IMG/VR virus record: IMGVR_UViG_2534682060_000007
Span: 1 to 35,047 of that record
Source: a virus
Lineage: Duplodnaviria; Heunggongvirae; Uroviricota; Caudoviricetes
Direction: 5' to 3' (one strand)
Length of the DNA: 35,047 nt
The notes beneath the pieces are model-generated. The model worked only from the letters and a program-made list of their open reading frames with translations. It did not search any database and was not told the DNA's origin. The translations under genes and the position numbers were made by a program. Below are positions 1 through 8,375 of this stretch, piece after piece. Each line of letters opens with the position of its first letter. Position 1 is the first letter of the stretch.

Positions 1-1
1 T

Positions 2-442
2 AAAGAAGTGCGTCTGCGTAATGCTTACGTCATTAAGGCTGAACGCGTGGAGAAAGATGCCGAAGGCAATATCACCACCATCTTCTGTACCTACGATGCC
101 GATACTTTAAGCAAAGATCCGGCAGATGGTCGTAAAGTGAAAGGCGTTATCCACTGGGTAAGCGCGGCCCATGCGCTGCCGGTTGAAATTCGCCTGTACG
201 ACCGTCTGTTCAGTGTACCGAACCCAGGTGCTGCGGATGATTTCCTGTCGGTGATTAACCCGGAATCGCTGGTGATCAAACAGGGCTTTGCTGAACCGTC
301 GCTGAAAGAAGCGGTAGCGGGTAAAGCATTCCAGTTTGAGCGTGAAGGTTATTTCTGCCTCGACAGCCGCCATTCCACGGCGGAAAAACCGGTATTTAAC
401 CGCACCGTTGGGCTGCGTGATACCTGGGCGAAGTTAGGTTAA
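2..442 (+). CDS. glnS: glutaminyl-tRNA synthetase, 3' end (ORF runs off left edge of window)
   Basis: Frame open from position 2; C-terminal sequence ...[30 protein letters not shown]...[15 protein letters not shown] recognised as enterobacterial GlnS anticodon-binding region; TAA stop 440-442. Confidence 0.7.
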   Translation, partial: KEVRLRNAYVIKAERVEKDAEGNITTIFCTYDADTLSKDPADGRKVKGVIHWVSAAHALPVEIRLYDRLFSVPNPGAADDFLSVINPESLVIKQGFAEPSLKEAVAGKAFQFEREGYFCLDSRHSTAEKPVFNRTVGLRDTWAKLG

Positions 443-464
443 TAGGTATTTCGCCACATAAAAA

Positions 465-494
465 AGTAAACGCCGCTACTGCGGCGTTTTTTAC
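465..494. terminator. Rho-independent terminator, likely bidirectional (glnS and convergent dam)
   Basis: GC stem cgccgc/gcggcg with tact loop, flanked by A-run upstream and T-run downstream. Confidence 0.6.
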
Positions 495-1396
495 TTCATT
501 ATCGCAATTATATCGTTAGCAACTACACGTGTTGACGCCTTGCAGGAAACCGACCGTCTGGCTGCCATATGATGTACTTTAAACCCGTTTCCTTCATATA
601 GTTCACGGATGTTTGGCGCACCACTATTTGTTATCACTACCTTAGCGCCGCGCTGGTGGGCTTCCACCAATAGAGATACCAGCCGTTTCTGTTCGTCGAA
701 ACGGAAGCTATTTCCTGAATAACTGGTAAACCCTTCTGTATCCGGCAGCGGTTCATACGGCGGATCGCAAAAAATCACATCGCCTTCACCAGCCGCCTCG
801 ATGACGCCAGCAAAGTCACCTGATACAAAGGACGTGTTTTTGAGTACGTCATCAGCCAAAAATGCCTCCATCTCTGCATGTGGGAAGTAGGGCGCTTTGT
901 ATTTGCCATACCCCACGTTGAACTCGCCATTTTGGTTGTACCGCGTTACGCCATTAAAACAGTGCCGATTAAGGTACAAAAAGGCGGCAGCATGATGTAG
1001 CTGGTCATACTTTCCTCTGTTAAATGCCTCACGCACTTCGAGGTAAGCGTCAGCGTTGTTGTAATTTTGGAAAAAACTATATGACAGCGTGACGAGCGAA
1101 TGTCCTTCTCGCTGCAATGTCTGATAGAAGTTAATCAGGTCACCGTTAATATCATTAAGCAGGTTGTGGTGAAATCCTGCATTTGTAAATACGGAACCGC
1201 CACCAACGAATGGTTCTATTAACCGCTTGCCGTGTGGTAGATGCTCAAGCACTGTAGGCAACTCTGAGAATTTACCGCCTACCCATTTGAAGATCGGGCG
1301 CTCATATTCATCCGGAGTCCGAATGGTGCGCATATAGCTAATTTCAGCCATCGTATCCTGTTTTTTTATGGCTATGCTTGCTATAGATTTACTCAT
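491..1396 (-). CDS. dam: DNA adenine methyltransferase (Dam family, orphan)
   Basis: DPPY catalytic motif, FVGGGS AdoMet-binding motif; start placed at ATG 1396 with AAGGGGG RBS (ORF table start 1453 is upstream in-frame). Confidence 0.85.
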   Translation of the reverse strand: MSKSIASIAIKKQDTMAEISYMRTIRTPDEYERPIFKWVGGKFSELPTVLEHLPHGKRLIEPFVGGGSVFTNAGFHHNLLNDINGDLINFYQTLQREGHSLVTLSYSFFQNYNNADAYLEVREAFNRGKYDQLHHAAAFLYLNRHCFNGVTRYNQNGEFNVGYGKYKAPYFPHAEMEAFLADDVLKNTSFVSGDFAGVIEAAGEGDVIFCDPPYEPLPDTEGFTSYSGNSFRFDEQKRLVSLLVEAHQRGAKVVITNSGAPNIRELYEGNGFKVHHMAARRSVSCKASTRVVANDIIAIMK

Positions 1397-2039
1397 AGAG
1401 CACCCCCTTATTCGCTTCGAAAATTGCCTTTGCGAATCCATGCGGAGTAGCACTTCGAAAATTAGCCCTTTCAGGTCCAGGTGGCGCGGTATGGATTCTG
1501 TTATCTGGCTTGCCTAATGATTCGTCCATTAGGGCATCAGGCATGACAAAGCCTTGCCCGCTCCAGAGGCATGTTTTTTTGGTGTAATTGTCTTCCTTGC
1601 AATATGCAGTGAAGTGGTAAGGATGGAAGATGTGATCAGGTTTACGCCAGAATGTCGATATTTGGCTGACCGGGTTTTCAATCATGTACGGGCAACCAAT
1701 CATCTTTGCAATATCGTAACACTGCCAGACGACCTGCATCGCTTTGAACTGGAAAAACGGATCTTTGTCAGCCTTATGCGCAAACCAGCGCGCACCGGAA
1801 ACAGCAAGGTCCGTGCACGGCGGAAAACCAGCTAAAAACACAATACGTTGTAAATTATTTCGGAGAAAAGCATAAACTTCATCACTATCGATAATCGCAC
1901 TGATACGTGTCAGAACTGCGCCTGATTGCATCAGCTCATCTCTGGTCTCTGCGTGTTGTGGATCGACGATAACAGCATCTATACCATGCTCCAGCCAGGG
2001 GGCGACCATTTTCCCCGTGAAATCACAAAGACTCACCAT
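1389..2039 (-). CDS. putative small DNA methyltransferase-like protein (C5-cytosine MTase-like PC and ENP motifs)
   Basis: GFPPCTDLAVSGA resembles C5-MTase motif IV (PC dipeptide), MIENPV resembles motif VI ENV; stop overlaps dam start by 8 nt; start at internal ATG 2039 is uncertain (no clear RBS). Confidence 0.4.
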   Translation of the reverse strand: MVSLCDFTGKMVAPWLEHGIDAVIVDPQHAETRDELMQSGAVLTRISAIIDSDEVYAFLRNNLQRIVFLAGFPPCTDLAVSGARWFAHKADKDPFFQFKAMQVVWQCYDIAKMIGCPYMIENPVSQISTFWRKPDHIFHPYHFTAYCKEDNYTKKTCLWSGQGFVMPDALMDESLGKPDNRIHTAPPGPERANFRSATPHGFAKAIFEANKGVLYE

Positions 2040-2052
2040 CAGAGGTCTATTG

Positions 2053-2958
2053 TTAACGTTCTGCTTCACCACCAACGGCCTCCACCAGCGAAGTGAACAT
2101 CGCGGATAATTCAGCAGTAAACAGGATAAAGTCAGCGTCAAATCGTTGCGCAACATCCTCTCGATCAATATCGTCGTTCTGGTCGTACAATTCGTCGCTG
2201 AACGACAAAGCCTTGATACTCATATCGTCATTCAGTCTGAAAAATGCACGGTCTTGCCAGTTAACCGCAACTGTGGTTGCAACCTTACCAGCTTCTATAT
2301 GACTCATGATCTCGTCGGATAGCAGGTCCACTTTTTTGCAGCGGACCGCGCCGCCATCATCAAGCAATGCTTTTAAGGTCGCTTCCTCACCGGCACGGAA
2401 ACCGTTCGGGAAGCCATTTTTAATCCAGCCAGTGATGGTCAGTTCTAATGGGTCTTTCGGAGAGAAGGGGACAACGGGCAAGCTGCCAAGCGATTTCCGT
2501 AACAAAGCCAGCTGATCCTCTGCTTTTTTAGCACTGCTGGCCTCGACAAAAACCAGATGATTGCTTCGGTCTATCAGGATTTTAGCGACTGATTTTCTCG
2601 TGAAAGCACGAGGAAGCAGAGAGTGAAGCACTTCATCCTTCAGCGAATCTTTTTCAGTCTTCTTCAGCTTTCTGTCTTGCTCTTCTTCAAGTGTCAGGAT
2701 TTTTTTCTGTAACTCTTCTTTGAGCACTTGAGAGGGTAGGATTTTTTCCTCTCGTTTATGCTGTATCAGAAGAAAACCTTGGTATTCATGGGTGAGGTTG
2801 TCGCCAAGAACGGGGGTCCAACCAGCTTTAGCCATATCCTGAGAACCGCATGGGGTAAACACAAACTTGCTAAGGGCTGCATTTACTTCTGCAGTATCCC
2901 AGCTAACTTCGCGTGAAAGACGATAGATGAAGATATTTTTGAAAGCGACTGATCTCAT
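2053..2958 (-). CDS. rdgC: recombination-associated protein RdgC homologue
   Basis: Full-length similarity to E. coli RdgC as recalled (YRLSRE..., [14 protein letters not shown]..., [23 protein letters not shown]..., [18 protein letters not shown]...GGEAER); GGTGAG RBS. Confidence 0.85.
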   Translation of the reverse strand: MRSVAFKNIFIYRLSREVSWDTAEVNAALSKFVFTPCGSQDMAKAGWTPVLGDNLTHEYQGFLLIQHKREEKILPSQVLKEELQKKILTLEEEQDRKLKKTEKDSLKDEVLHSLLPRAFTRKSVAKILIDRSNHLVFVEASSAKKAEDQLALLRKSLGSLPVVPFSPKDPLELTITGWIKNGFPNGFRAGEEATLKALLDDGGAVRCKKVDLLSDEIMSHIEAGKVATTVAVNWQDRAFFRLNDDMSIKALSFSDELYDQNDDIDREDVAQRFDADFILFTAELSAMFTSLVEAVGGEAER

Positions 2959-2970
2959 GTCTCACCATTT

Positions 2971-3004
2971 GTGTTAGAAAATACATATTAATTATCTAAC
3001 ACAA
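2971..3004. promoter_or_regulatory. operator-like inverted pair of the recurring TGTTAGA motif (site 1)
   Basis: GTGTTAGAAAAT at 2971-2982 and inverted TATCTAACACA at 2994-3004, in the 60-bp gap upstream of rdgC start. Confidence 0.45.
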
Positions 3005-3017
3005 ATGGGTGCATTTT

Positions 3018-3671
3018 CTATCCTTTCTTGAAATCGAAGTTGCTAGCAGTGGCCTGAAAGGTTCCTCCTGCCTTGAAAGCTATGTCTCCGTTAGCGGTGA
3101 CAGCAATATTTTCCCCTTTAACATTGATGTTGTTGGCTGATTTGACGTTAACACTCCCTCCTGCATTCACGATTACATCAGCCGGACCAATGATATATAT
3201 CTGCCCGGACTCATTCATGCCAATCCTTGAGCCTGCTGCCGTATTGGCAATTTCATAGCCGCCACCAGCAGTTCGTACTTCAAGAATATTGTTGCGGTGA
3301 ATAACGAAGTCTTTCGTTGCTGAGATTTGGGGGCGGGGAGGTGCTCCATCTACTTCCGGCGGCGTCCAGCCGTTGCCTTTGCCAGATGCTTCTGGTGCAA
3401 CGTTTGGAATTCCTCCCGGTGCATCCTGAGCGGCACCAACTATCATTGGGCGTCTGGTGTCTATTCGACCGTTAACATCTAAATAAGGAAACTCTACCCA
3501 GACCAGGTCACCTTTGACTGTGGGTACAAAAGCGTTTCCGATGGGTAACAGGTATTCCGCCCAGGGTAGATCGTCATCAGGAACGCCATTCCAGTCAGGT
3601 AAAACACGGACTTGAGCACGCATAAGCCCTGCCGGGTGCACAGTTCCAACAATTTGCGCTCTACGCTTCAT
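3018..3671 (-). CDS. baseplate-spike-like protein (gpV/gp5-type OB-fold N-terminus plus beta-helical repeat C-terminus)
   Basis: N-terminal pattern GTV...VRV...W...P.G...P..GD.V.V.F reminiscent of P2 gpV/Mu gp45 OB-fold; C-terminal G/N/V-rich repeats (VIVNAGGSVNVKSANNINVKGENIAVTANGDIAFKAGG); start overlaps stop of upstream gene. Confidence 0.5.
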   Translation of the reverse strand: MKRRAQIVGTVHPAGLMRAQVRVLPDWNGVPDDDLPWAEYLLPIGNAFVPTVKGDLVWVEFPYLDVNGRIDTRRPMIVGAAQDAPGGIPNVAPEASGKGNGWTPPEVDGAPPRPQISATKDFVIHRNNILEVRTAGGGYEIANTAAGSRIGMNESGQIYIIGPADVIVNAGGSVNVKSANNINVKGENIAVTANGDIAFKAGGTFQATASNFDFKKG

Positions 3672-4648
3672 TTGTTCGGCACTCCCAATATCATTCGTGT
3701 TGTGTAGCCTACGCGGTCTTCAAAGTGCGCAACATTTTTTACTATCAGCTTACGGGGCATTGATTCATCAATGCGGTTTTCCTGGTCATAGCGGTATACG
3801 ATAATCTCTATCACCATCCCCGGTTTTATATCAGGATTGCCTGCGACTTCTATATCCATTTTGGGGACGAGAGACAGCTGCATATTGCGAAGAGTTTCCA
3901 TATCAGAGTCGGATATATAACGCACTGGGAGTGAGCTATCGCCATATTCGACGTAGCCATCGGTCATGGAATACCCAACAAAACGATATTGATTCTTTGC
4001 TGTTGTCGCATGTTCCTGTTGGAGTAGGCGCATTTTGGACAAAGTGTATTCTGCTTTAGGGTTATTCCCCTCGTAGGTAAATGATGGCGTTTGCTTCATC
4101 AGATCAGCCAGGGTGTAAAAGTTAAATTCCCCCCGACATACCCAACACAATGCACCTTTGTCTCGCGCTATCTCCGAAAGCATTTTTGACGGTTTGTCAC
4201 CAGCATTCAGATGATATGTAACTGCGCGTTTTAGCACGCTGCTGGTAATTTTAAGTTTGCCGGAATATGCCTTGAATATAGCGTCTGGTGTTTTGTTGGT
4301 ATGTAAATTTGTGCGCGGGGAGGGGATCTTAAACCTGCGCACGTCTTCACTGACAGCAATAACGGTAACAACATCACCAGCCAGCATTGCAGACGTAACA
4401 AAGAAATCTGTTTTAAAAGTGCCTGCATTACCGTTTGGATCGCCCATTTCAGCCACCAGCGATGCACCGTATTTGGCTTTCCAGTCATCAATTACGGTGC
4501 CGGTAGCGTCATGAATTTCCAGTTTTAGCAAAGGGGCTTTGAGGCTGGTTTTTTCTACATATACTGCGGTAAAAATCCAGTCTCGTGGCACTTTGTTATC
4601 GTTAATGAGCACTGACTGTAGAAAATATTGTTGTAACTCCTGGGCCAC
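3668..4648 (-). CDS. hypothetical protein, third gene of coupled four-gene operon
   Basis: 326-aa ORF, start 3 nt after upstream stop; no recognisable catalytic motif. Confidence 0.6.
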   Translation of the reverse strand: MAQELQQYFLQSVLINDNKVPRDWIFTAVYVEKTSLKAPLLKLEIHDATGTVIDDWKAKYGASLVAEMGDPNGNAGTFKTDFFVTSAMLAGDVVTVIAVSEDVRRFKIPSPRTNLHTNKTPDAIFKAYSGKLKITSSVLKRAVTYHLNAGDKPSKMLSEIARDKGALCWVCRGEFNFYTLADLMKQTPSFTYEGNNPKAEYTLSKMRLLQQEHATTAKNQYRFVGYSMTDGYVEYGDSSLPVRYISDSDMETLRNMQLSLVPKMDIEVAGNPDIKPGMVIEIIVYRYDQENRIDESMPRKLIVKNVAHFEDRVGYTTRMILGVPNK

Positions 4649-4651
4649 TTA

Positions 4652-5419
4652 TCACCCCATAGATATCGATGTTTCGGTAATAATACGTTTTGCGTCCAAC
4701 TCCCATGCTGTGATCACGTCTGCAATCACACTTATCGGCGCTTGTGTGGCATAAATACGCTCTTCTCCAATTGGTGCTGAAACATCCGTAAAGCCGACTT
4801 CTTTGGCATCCTGTATCGAGCAAATCAGCGGGACCGGGACACGAACAAGGTGAGTGGTTGCTTCAAATTGTGTACCTGTCATCAGGCGAAGCCGTGCGCC
4901 CAGCGAATTACACATCAGACTCATGGTCGCTTTATCAGTTGCCATTAACGTAACGTCATACGTCAGAATGGCCTGGGTGTATTCCAGTTCTGCTAAAGGC
5001 GTTCCGGTATCTGGTTCGCAAAAACAGGCTACTTTTTTGCGGTCAATCTGCTGATCATCGTTGATATAATTGATATCCATAGTGCGTGAGATATTGACCA
5101 GGGGGAGAGCATCCCGGTTAATGTTCTGGTTTTCAGGTTTTCTCCCTTGCCCGGCATTTGCGCGACGAACTGCTTTAAGAAACTCGATCGCATTGTCGAA
5201 ACGGGCCATATAGACACGCTCTGCTGGTGGACGATTCAGGAATGACGCAAAGCGTTTTTCTTCCGGCGCGGGGGCCACCAGTAAGATATCAGAAAAAATG
5301 TTGCTGATTAGCGTCGCAAACGCGTTATCCACGTTTTCAAAGCCCGTGGTCTGGAATTTTCCTGTGCGTAAGGTTTGCCATTCACCGGTTCGCGCCAGGA
5401 GGGTTTTATTTGAAGTCAT
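4652..5419 (-). CDS. hypothetical protein, second gene of coupled four-gene operon
   Basis: 255-aa ORF, ATGA start/stop overlap with upstream gene. Confidence 0.6.
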   Translation of the reverse strand: MTSNKTLLARTGEWQTLRTGKFQTTGFENVDNAFATLISNIFSDILLVAPAPEEKRFASFLNRPPAERVYMARFDNAIEFLKAVRRANAGQGRKPENQNINRDALPLVNISRTMDINYINDDQQIDRKKVACFCEPDTGTPLAELEYTQAILTYDVTLMATDKATMSLMCNSLGARLRLMTGTQFEATTHLVRVPVPLICSIQDAKEVGFTDVSAPIGEERIYATQAPISVIADVITAWELDAKRIITETSISMG

Positions 5420-6219
5420 TCGATCACTCCGTTTTGAGTCGTATCAAAATTCCTGGCAGGTATGCAGTAGTAAAGCGAACCAACATGCTGTGTGCCGTAG
5501 CTAAAAATACGGTGCACGTACCACCAGCGGCGGGCTACGCCGTTTACCATCTCTTCATTCCATTCAAGAATTGAGCCGACGGGGACGTTATTTGCTGCAA
5601 TACGCAGAATCAGAACATCATCGGTTAAGCCATCCTGCTCACCGTCTGCGTCAATTGCATGGAAAGAGTCACGCCCGTCAGGGTTATCCAGCACATAAAC
5701 AATTTCAGGTTCCTGATAGGTCAGTTCACGCTGGTTGTTATCCAGTTCAGTGAATGACTCTTCTCCTGTTTCGTCGCTGACTACCCCAAATGTGCCAACA
5801 TCAGGTCGATATAAGAGAGCCTGAAACGCATCTGGGCTGGATTCAATAATCAGCATCCAGTCTGCGCGGATTTGGTCGTTAAAGGCTTTATGCCCGTTAT
5901 AGCGTGCTTTTAACTGTGGAGTCGGTTCTCTGCCAGCCAGGGAAGATGGAAGTATGGCTATATCTGATTCGCCAGCATCCGGAGTAAGGCCACCGTTGCT
6001 ATCAGCAAAATTATCATGGCTATCAGCTTTGGCGGCGGGTTGCTCTTCCGGAATGCTGAATGAATCCGAACCGGTATTGCCATGTTCCGGCGCGCCTCCT
6101 GCATTCGCTTCAATCGGCGCTGGCGTTTCTCTCTGCGTGCTGTCATGTTCTGACTCCTTACTTGCCAGGTTTGCATCGTCAGCAAACCATTCGTCAAAAC
6201 GGCCCATAAGCATCCTCAA
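5416..6219 (-). CDS. hypothetical protein with acidic low-complexity N-terminal region, first gene of four-gene operon
   Basis: 267-aa ORF; ORF-table start at 6219 is a TTG; more likely start is ATG at about 6207 with GAGG RBS. Confidence 0.55.
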   Translation of the reverse strand: MRMLMGRFDEWFADDANLASKESEHDSTQRETPAPIEANAGGAPEHGNTGSDSFSIPEEQPAAKADSHDNFADSNGGLTPDAGESDIAILPSSLAGREPTPQLKARYNGHKAFNDQIRADWMLIIESSPDAFQALLYRPDVGTFGVVSDETGEESFTELDNNQRELTYQEPEIVYVLDNPDGRDSFHAIDADGEQDGLTDDVLILRIAANNVPVGSILEWNEEMVNGVARRWWYVHRIFSYGTQHVGSLYYCIPARNFDTTQNGVIE

Positions 6220-6369
6220 AGGTCGATCTGTCAGGTATCGAAAGGAAGATTTTCGGGAGATTGTGATTTTGGATGAAGGAGGGGGAATTTATAAAATGCA
6301 CTTGCGCACAGTGCAACGGTGCGCTATAGTTATGGCATTCGGTAATCATCACGGAGGATCAAATGACTA

Positions 6370-6672
6370 ATGACCAAAAAAATTAACATAAAGGATTTCA
6401 GGGATGCGTGGCTTGATGATTTTTTTGAATTTTCAACACCACATAGAAAGATACCTCCTGATATTCATATGACATTGTCACGGAAGTTGGACATTATCAA
6501 TGCCGCAACTACCTGTAAGGATTTAAGATCACCACCAGGTAATCGGTATGAGGAACTGTCAGGGAAGCTAAATGGCTATTCATCAGTAAGGGTGAATAAG
6601 CAATATAGGTTAATTTTTAAGTGGGTTAACGGAAAGGCCGAGGACTTGTATCTCGACCCTCACAAATACTAA
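6370..6672 (+). CDS. higB: HigB-like killer toxin (RelE/ParE superfamily)
   Basis: 100 aa; C-terminal YRLIFKW...DLYLDPHKY pattern typical of HigB-like killer proteins; GGAGGA RBS; directly precedes HigA-type antidote. Confidence 0.7.
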   Translation: MTKKINIKDFRDAWLDDFFEFSTPHRKIPPDIHMTLSRKLDIINAATTCKDLRSPPGNRYEELSGKLNGYSSVRVNKQYRLIFKWVNGKAEDLYLDPHKY

Positions 6673-6742
6673 AACAGATACCCGGTTACGGACCGGGTTC
6701 TGACCAGAGTCCACTTAATACGCACGCTAGTAAGGGCAAAAA

Positions 6743-7081
6743 ATGAAACAGGCAACCAGAAAACCGACGACCGTAGGTGATATCCTGCTGTACGAATACC
6801 TGGAGCCGTTAGAGCTGAAGATCAACGAGTTGGCAGAAATACTTCATGTTCATCGTAACACCGTAAGTGCTCTTGTTAATAATAATCGTAAGCTAACGAT
6901 GGATATGGCATATCGCCTGGCAAAAGCATTCGATACTTCTGTAGATTTTTGGATTAATCTTCAGACCGCAGTAGACCTGTGGGAAGTCGAAAATGATATG
7001 CGCGTTCAGGAAGAGTTAAGTCGTATCAATACTGCTGAAAAATTTATTTCTCAGCGGAACCTGAATAAAAAAGCAGCCTGA
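6743..7081 (+). CDS. higA: HigA antitoxin (XRE-type HTH antidote)
   Basis: VGDILLYEYLEPLELKINELAEILHVHRNTVSALVNNNRKLTMDMAYRLAKAFDTSVDFWINLQ matches HigA/VapI-type HTH antidote pattern. Confidence 0.8.
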   Translation: MKQATRKPTTVGDILLYEYLEPLELKINELAEILHVHRNTVSALVNNNRKLTMDMAYRLAKAFDTSVDFWINLQTAVDLWEVENDMRVQEELSRINTAEKFISQRNLNKKAA

Positions 7082-7137
7082 TATAGTAAAACACATACAA
7101 AAAGCCCACTTAGCAAGTGGGCTTTCCTTTGTAATTA

Positions 7138-7497
7138 ATGAACATTAAACCTATCCGTACAGAACAAGATTATGAGGCCGCACTGCGTGCGGTCGAACCG
7201 ATGTTCGATAATGAACCGGAAATGAACACACCGGAAGGCGATTTCTTTGAGGTTATGTGTCTTCTCATTGAGGAGTACGAGAAAAAACATTACCCAATTG
7301 AGCCACCATCACCTATTGAGGCCATTAAATTCCGTATGGAACAGCAAGGACTGACCGTGAAGGATCTGGAACCGGCAATTGGTAAGTCAAACCGTGTTTA
7401 CGAAGTGCTTAATGGGACACGAAATTTGACGTTACCTATGATTCGTCGTTTACATGCCCAGTTTGGTATTCCACTGGAAAGTCTGATTGGTGTTTAA
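7138..7497 (+). CDS. second HigA-family protein (E. coli HigA/YgjM-like, C-terminal HTH) with no cognate toxin upstream
   Basis: Architecture and motifs (GLTVKDLEPAIGKSNRVYEVLNGTRNLTLPMIRRLHAQFGIPLESL) resemble the YgjM-type HigA antitoxin as recalled. Confidence 0.65.
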   Translation: MNIKPIRTEQDYEAALRAVEPMFDNEPEMNTPEGDFFEVMCLLIEEYEKKHYPIEPPSPIEAIKFRMEQQGLTVKDLEPAIGKSNRVYEVLNGTRNLTLPMIRRLHAQFGIPLESLIGV

Positions 7498-7641
7498 GTT
7501 TTGCGGTCTGGATGACCGCTGTTTTTATAAAAATAGATACTAGAAATTTGGTAGCATATATGAGTACAGATTCATCAATAAAGAAGGCAGCCGAATCAGA
7601 TAAAGAAAATGGGGGGGCCGATTGATGCCGCCAAGGATGTA

Positions 7642-8340
7642 ATGGAATATGTTATAAAGGATAAATTGTTTAATAAAGTATTTGCATATATTTTTATCTC
7701 GTTTTTAGTTGTTAATTGGCGAGATATATTAATACTAATTAAATCAAAAGAAGATATTCTTTATACACTATCAATAGTATTTGTTGGTGGCAAATTACCG
7801 TTTCTTGGTGGTGTTGTTTTATCACCGTGGGTTGCTCACTTTTTCTTGCCGTTTGTTTATGGCGTGATTGCGTCAATTGTGGCGCCAATAGTTACTCTAG
7901 CTGTATCTTACGTTACAACCAACATATATCATGAAATAAAATTTTTAGATGAAAATGCCTATGAAAATCAACTTAAAAAACAAGCAAAGAAAGCCAAAGA
8001 AAGAATTGATATTGAAATGAATGGTAAGTATAGCCAAAAAGTATTAGACGAAAGAAAAAAAGACCTGGAAGATATTGATAATGCGATTAAAAATAAACAA
8101 ATTAACTTTGATAAAAAAAGAAAAGAGTTTGCTGATAATATAAATTTAACATATGATAACATTCTCAGTTTAAGCGAATTATATAAGAATGGAGGGTTCA
8201 AAATTGAAAATCAGCAGGATTTATATAAATTCCTTTCTGCAGTAAAGGAATCATCATTCAATAACATAAATTTTGATAAATTATTCTCTGAAATTTCCCG
8301 CTTGCATTCTGAAATGCAAACTGATTTATCAGAAAAATGA
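7642..8340 (+). CDS. membrane protein with N-terminal TM helices and long K/E-rich coiled-coil C-terminus, in very AT-rich DNA
   Basis: Hydrophobic segments FAYIFISFLVVNW and LSIVFVGGKLPFLGGVVLSPWVAHFFLPFVYGVIASIVAPIVTLAVSYV; start placed at ATG 7642 with AAGGA RBS (ORF-table start 7609 lacks RBS). Confidence 0.55.
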   Translation: MEYVIKDKLFNKVFAYIFISFLVVNWRDILILIKSKEDILYTLSIVFVGGKLPFLGGVVLSPWVAHFFLPFVYGVIASIVAPIVTLAVSYVTTNIYHEIKFLDENAYENQLKKQAKKAKERIDIEMNGKYSQKVLDERKKDLEDIDNAIKNKQINFDKKRKEFADNINLTYDNILSLSELYKNGGFKIENQQDLYKFLSAVKESSFNNINFDKLFSEISRLHSEMQTDLSEK

Positions 8341-8375
8341 AAGCCTGGCATAAACCACCAGGCTATATGTGTGGT

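Noticed and set aside
1554-1835. Opposite-strand ORFs nested inside well-supported genes (for example 1554-1835, 4231-4491, 4257-4514, 14565-15146, 16295-16597, 31738-32394, 33218-33622)
   Set aside because: They lie antisense or out of frame within genes that have clear motifs or operon structure; treated as frame noise.
7541-7551. Partial copy of the recurring motif (CTAGAAATTT) upstream of the AT-rich membrane gene
   Set aside because: Lacks the TGTTAG core and lies in extremely AT-rich DNA where chance matches are likely; not counted as a site.
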